DNA of 60,532 nucleotides, counting the filler, from Platydemus manokwari (lineage: Eukaryota): assembly GCA_037951405.1 (NCBI GenBank). It is 5 parts of 5 records of this genome, joined end to end, with 100 filler letters (N's around TTAATTAATTAA, not from the genome) between each part and the next. Parts side by side here need not be neighbours in the genome. Positions count along the whole stretch, not along the records: positions 50,562 to 60,532 come from JBBMOY011183433.1; 4 more parts are not named here. One strand, 5' to 3'. Below, one piece after another: positions 54,831 through 60,532 of the stretch. The translations under genes and the position numbers were made by a program. The notes beneath the pieces are model-generated. The model had not been told where the DNA came from. It saw only the letters and a program-made list of their open reading frames with translations, and ran no database searches. The first letter of the stretch is position 1. Each line of letters opens with the position of its first letter.

Positions 54831-55694
54831 CCCTGCTCCCCGTACTAGTTTTTCGCGCTCTGGCTTTTTCACTCCCTTTAATAACGTAGTAACCACTGTA
54901 GTCCATCCTCCTAATTCATTTACCATGTCTTCGTATTCATCGTATATTATTTCTGCTCCTTGATCAATACTTACCTTTGTCTTTGGTCTCTGCATTAGTT
55001 TATTGTGCCGTATGTGTTTGTTGACTTTCGTTCAATAATTCTTGATCAAAAATATTGGAATAGCTCTTCATGATTATCATATCTTTAATGATTTTCCTCT
55101 CCCAGCACTTCTGGCAACTCCTCCGTTCGTAATTCTTCTCCTGGTGGCTTTGATACATTTTTTTCCTCATCACTTATTTCTTCTAATGATGTCATCCTCT
55201 TCTTCTATTGCCTTACTACATTCTCCTTCCTTATACGGATACACTATCTTCTTCCTCAACACCCTTTCCTGTTCTTTACTGGTATTGTTTTCTAATTCCA
55301 GTGCCTCTTTTCGTTCCTCTTGTATTTGTTTTATTACATTTTCTCGCGGTTCCCCTTTCTCTGTTGTATTTTCCTTATTTGGGCATTTATGTTTTTGCTT
55401 CTCTATACATCCTAAACATAAGTATCTTTTCTCTATCTCCTTTTGGAGCTGACTTTTCGGCATTCTTTCCATAATGTCCAATGAACTATCTCTTCCTTTC
55501 GTTCTTAATTCCAGCGCCTTTAGGAAATCTTCGCAGGAATTCAATTCACTTGATTTGGAATTTGACGACTTATAGCTAGGTGATTTTTCTTCATTAGCTT
55601 TTGTTGCTGCGGTGACTTCTTCTTCATCCAAATCTACTCCTATTATTTGATTGGCATTTATATATAGTTCCCTTATTTCTTTTTCGACCGGTTC

Positions 55695-58473
55695 TTTATA
55701 CTTGATTAGGACTCCTAAATTATTTAAAATTGTACGATTCAAATGATACTGTTCTAGCAGATACCTGCTTCTCAGTCTTATCCCCTTATTGTAAATCGTG
55801 ATACTTAGTTTATTGACATGTTCTCTCATTAAAAATTTTTGTCTATTATATTCCTTCATTGTTTTCACTACCACGTCTCCTGGCCAACTCATTATGTGAT
55901 CTTTCTCTTCTGTCCACGGGCTTTCCCATATTCGTAATTTGAATGGGTAGCAATTATAATCCATTCTACCTCTGTGTCTTAAGTAGACATAATTTACTCT
56001 TCTTTCTGATAACTTGTAGTCCTTTAATTGACTCCCTTCCACAAATAACTCTTCACTATTCGTTCTCTTTGAATGATGATACGTGAGATATCCATTTTCA
56101 TTCCTATCTGGCCATAGCTCATCTGCCCAATTTAATATAAATCGGATTTCTGCCTTTTCTAACTTTTCAGTTTTTCCACATGTGGCTGTCCATGCTGTCT
56201 TGGCACCAAATGCAAATCTATTATTCGTTGATTATTTATTGTTGCAGGTAACTTTTCCTATTTTACATCATGTGTGAATGGTAACTCTGGAATGGTTGTC
56301 CTGTGAAATGTCAAAGATCTCCATTTAAAGAATGTTCTGGATTTTCGGGGCTTCCATGTTGATCCTTCCCCTTGATGGATCATGACCTCTACAACATTTC
56401 GTCTTCTTCTTTTTATTAAATAATGCCTGCATGTTTTATCATCTTCCATAAACATCCCGTGGTGTATTAATTCCACTAGGAATGGTTTGAATGTCGCGAA
56501 CGGCCACATTGCTGTTGCCATTTGTCGAAACCTTCGTATACTTTCTACTTCGCTTACCATTACCACTCTTATTTGGTGCTGTTGCAGTATACTGGTCATC
56601 ATCATTACTGCTTCAGCCAATTCATCCTTATTCTGTTCATTTGTATTACTATCTGTTGGGGCCTGGGTTGTTGTTGCTTTTTCTGTTGCCATTCTGCTGA
56701 TTCCTGTTCTCCTCCTGGTTGCTCATCTTCACTACTGTCTCCGTCTGAGCCTTCTTTATTTATCATATTAATTTGTAAAATTATCTTGGCCTCCTCTGTT
56801 ATTATATCGATGGCTAAACATCAATTTCCCTGGTCTTTCTTTATGTATTCTCCTATACATTTCCACTCTGTCATACCTTTGTCCTTGAAACTCATTTTCA
56901 CCTTTCCTTTTATTTTTTTCCAACTCCTCCGGCCAATCCAATATTATCAACTTCCTAATCAGTTGGACTGATGTAGACATATTTAATTCCATGTCTTGTT
57001 GCACTTGCTTTCCTTCACTATCCTGTATTATTAATATAAATTTCCTCTTAATCCCGTTATATTTATTGGTGTCTCCTTGAGGGAATTCTCTTTCCCTTTC
57101 CTTCAGTTGTCCCCTTTAGGCCTGTCTCCACAAATCAAATTGTTTTCCTTGCTCGTACCGTATTATTAATTTATTAAATTCATATATAATTTCCTCTGTC
57201 ATATTTATCCTTTATAACTTCTCCCGTATTCTATACGCTTATCTTTCCACACAATAAGGGTTTGTGAAGTATTTTCTCTCCTTAAGCTGTGGATATTTGA
57301 ATGCTATTACCTCTTGACTCATTTCGATTGCATCCGTTCTTGCTACTCCATTTTTACTAACTTTTCTTCTATTTTGTCGAGTCTGTCCATCCATATGGAA
57401 TCTGGCCTCATCTAAAATTCATGACATTGCCGTCTCTTTTTCCATGCTTGATTTATTTTTATGTCTTTCCGTCTTAATACCGTTCGCATCTTTCTTGTGT
57501 CCCTACCGTGATTCTCTCTTCTCCGAATATTGATATTATTGCTTGAATCCGTTCCATTTCATCTCTTGCATCTGGTTTCCTGATACAACTCATCATATTT
57601 ACTTCCTTCGTCTCCTTTTTTTGTTTCTTCCGCCATTCTCTTTTTTTATAATAATATGCACTATAATGCGCAATTATGGTTAACTCATTATGCGTTTTTT
57701 GCGTCATCCCTAAATCACTTAATATCACCTCTTCTTAGACTGGTGTTCCCTTATGCCATGCTTCCACTCAGCATTCAGGATCTTCCTCATTTGGCCAAAA
57801 ACCAAACGTCCATTGCAATATTTCGCTTATGCTTGAATCTTCATCTACCGTAAGTGATTTTATTGTTGCTCTCCCTTTATTATTTCACTGTTAGCTTTCT
57901 TTCTTCGTGCACCAATTTTTCACAATGACTTCATGGGTATAATTTTACAATCCCGTTTTCTATTATTCCATTTGGATATCTCTTCGGGTTTTTCATTACC
58001 ACTATTTTGTTTATCTGTCCACGTCATCCTTGCATGAACATCATTATTTCATCTAAACCCAGTACCCATTCATCCGTCCATCCTGTATACTTATATTTCC
58101 ATCTCCTCTCCATTAACAATTCCAATTTTGGTACCGTCTCTTTTCCTTTAGTAGTTATCCACTCACAATGACTATCCTCCTCTTCACTAACCATTTGGAA
58201 TTCTATTATCACTTTTCCTTCTGATTTTCTTAGATTCTCTCTTCCTCTTTCTATATCATCAAAAGCTGTTCCTCCTCTAACTGTAACTTTTATCTGTCCC
58301 CTATGTCCATACACCGGTTGTGTTTTTATCTTTATTTGCTCAGCTTCCCATAACACCGGACATCGTTTAGCTATGTCTCTGTATATTTTATTCATTGAAT
58401 CATTCAAATTTATTTCTACATAAATTTGTTTCTTAACTCCATATCTATCTTTAACCAGGATTGCCAATTCATA
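55695..58473 (-). other. Array of up to five ubiquitin-fold domains (about 58190-58473, 57665-57900, 56770-57050, 55975-56225, 55695-55946)
   Basis: Each unit shows strand-strand-helix plus, in four, a ubiquitin-like G-x2-L-x5-L-x2-Y/L end: HKGTPV*EEVILSDLGM, FKDKGMTEWKCIGEY, FVEGSQLKDYKL..VYLRHRG and NKGIRLRSRYLLEQYHL. A helix-terminal WP/CP occurs in four units. Confidence 0.55.
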
Positions 58474-60398
58474 TTCTCCTTCTTCTGCATTCTTTCTGGG
58501 TTTTTCTTTAGCATCCATTTTATCATATATCCCTTTACTCTCTAATATTTTCATCAATAGCTGTTCCGCCCGTGCCTCTTTTTCTAAATAATTTGTTTCC
58601 GCTGTATTTCCCCATTCTGGATGCATTTCTTCCTCGTGCTATCAGCAATCTTTTACATGTTCCTACTATCCCTAGTCTTTCTTCCTCCTCATTTATTTCT
58701 GATGTCGTTTCTTCCCTTATTATTTTACTTTTTGTTGCTGTTAGCTGAATCAGTAAATATCCTGCCTTCTTTCCAAATTTTTTAACTCCTTCTATTATTT
58801 GCTGGAATTCAAGGGCATTACTTTTCTCGAAAAATGGCATTCCTATCCTCAGCTTCTGTTCATGTGTTAACAGTCGTTTTAATCTTATTATTACGCTTGG
58901 CGGTTCATTTTCCACTATTCTCCATACCTGAGGATCGAAAGTTCCTTCTCTATTTTCTCTAATTCTCTTTTCACTTGGTGCTTCATTTATTAATTCTCTA
59001 AATATGTCTATCAACGTTTGCACATTAATGTGGTCCATATTCTCCTGTGTTAGCTTCATCCACAATCCATCTTTATCTTCTTGTGGCAACTGCTTCCATA
59101 TGTTATCCATTTTTTCATCGATATCTCCATATCCCTTTCCACATCCTCGTAGTCTTTCTACAAACTCGTCCATAACCTGATAGTCAATTTCTCTATTGAC
59201 TAGATATTGTCCCAGATATCCAGCTTCCTTATTAGTTGTAGAATGTCCTTCCATTGTTACCAATTTTGACGGGACATATATTGGTGACGTTGCTGGCACA
59301 TTTAATACTTTTGGCAGTATTCTTTCAATTACTGGTATTGGTAAAGCTGGTTTTACTGGAATATTTCCTAACAGTACTGCCACTGCTGCTTTGTATTTCC
59401 TTCTTCGTATTACTGGGTCATTTTGAGCATATTTCTCCCCCTTTTTATTTCACCATCTTCCTCACACTTATTTCGTGGCCTTTTAGTTGACAATTCCTTA
59501 TTTCCTATGCACCATTCTACTGGCCTTCCTGTCTCTTCTGTGACATCTATTACTTGGAGATTTTGTTTCTCTTCCCAAATATCATTGATTTCATCTGGTG
59601 AACTAACTTCCTCCATTTCTGATTCTGATTCTATTTCGGATTTTATGCTATTTTCGTCCGCTGTTGCCTTATTTGACACTTCTTCCCCATGCTCTTCTTT
59701 TTTCATCAACTGCTCTTCTGTCTCCACCAGCGTGAATTCTTCCTTATTTTTGTTAACATTCTCCCAAAATTGCTTATTCGATGGTATTCCCGTTATTTGA
59801 CTTAATGTGCAATTCATAAATCTCTGACAAAGTGTTTTCACATTAATTTTATCCCTATCTCTTGTATTATATGTATTATATTTTTCTATTTCCATATATT
59901 TCTCCCATATATTTGTTACAATATTCACACTGGATTCTTCCGTTGCTATTCACCCTGTCTCTCTCATAATTACTTTATTTTGTTTGATTATTGTCATAAC
60001 TTCTCCTATTGGATCCCTCTGCTGACTGACTTCTGGGTCTATTACCCCTTTGCATTTCATTATTATAATAATTATTGTAATTGGCTCTATAGTTCCTCCA
60101 TTGGCTATCAACATTTCGACTGTTAAATTGTGCATAATAATTATTATTTTTATTCCAACGGTAATTGCGATTATTTGCTGGGCTCCTGCTTCTATAATCA
60201 TCATTATTCCTATCTGGAACTCCATTTCTATCACCATTATACTTATTGTCACTATATCTTTGGTCATTTCGCCTATAATTATTATTGTTATATCATCGGT
60301 ATCCATCATCATTGTATCTTCGATCACTTTGTCGATAATTACTATAATTATTATTCCTATTATTGTCCTGATTCCGCGCGCACTCATTATTAACATTC

Positions 60399-60532
60399 TG
60401 TGGAATCCGACCCTACCCGAAACACTAAAACATAAAATACAGATAAATATATATGAGAATAAAAAGAATTTTAAAAATATAAAAAATTTAAATTTAAAAA
60501 ATTTTTACTTTCAACAGAAAAATAAAAATAAA
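60399..60532 (+). repeat. Start of the TGTGGAATCCGACC LTR-like repeat, interrupting element B
   Basis: Similar to 24454 onward. Element B coding sequence stops abruptly here. Confidence 0.6.

Larger units (their letters stand above)
51785..60398 (-). mobile_element. Decayed giant Ty3/gypsy-type retroelement B: Gag-tail-like low complexity, unknown domains, up to 5 ubiquitin-like domains, BH2-like remnant, chuvirus-like glycoprotein, protease (truncated before RT)
   Basis: About 8.6 kb of continuous purine-rich minus-strand coding fragments separated only by frameshifts and stops. Colinear homology to element A from the PFxxxIWExP motif through the glycoprotein to the protease. Confidence 0.85.

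Noticed and set aside
59950-60396. 148-aa Ile/Met-rich ORF
   Set aside because: Likely a shadow frame of an AAT-rich Asn/Arg/Tyr coding tract.
6615-60398. All recognised genes lie on the minus strand
   Set aside because: Contig orientation is arbitrary and the gene count per contig is small, so this is not meaningful.

Overview
This is AT-rich animal genomic DNA. Short GT-AG introns, (AAT)n tracts and mariner ends suggest a planarian-like host, but that is inference. The window is five contigs joined by artificial 100-nt N/TTAATTAATTAA spacers, so adjacency across spacers is not biological. Host genes, all on the minus strand, are AHCY (2 exons), a strongly divergent RNA Pol III second-largest subunit (RPC2/POLR3B, 2 exons), CC2D1/Lgd (2 exons), CHMP1 (6 exons) and an intronless rhodopsin-class GPCR. 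The main discovery is two decayed, mutually diverged Ty3/gypsy-type retroelements (about 9.2-13.7 kb and 51.8-60.4 kb). They share an unusual apparent single-polyprotein layout: ubiquitin-fold domains (one plus a partial one in element A, up to five in element B), a Bcl-2-like domain, a hydrophobic signal, a chuvirus-like envelope glycoprotein with TM, and then an aspartic protease. Element A continues into an RNase H tail and integrase zinc domain. The envelope gene therefore lies upstream of pol and appears fused to it. Also present are a Polinton/Maverick penton-like relic, a MITE, mariner ends, a hAT relic and LTR-like repeats. All domain assignments are by-eye motif alignments and need HMM or structure confirmation.
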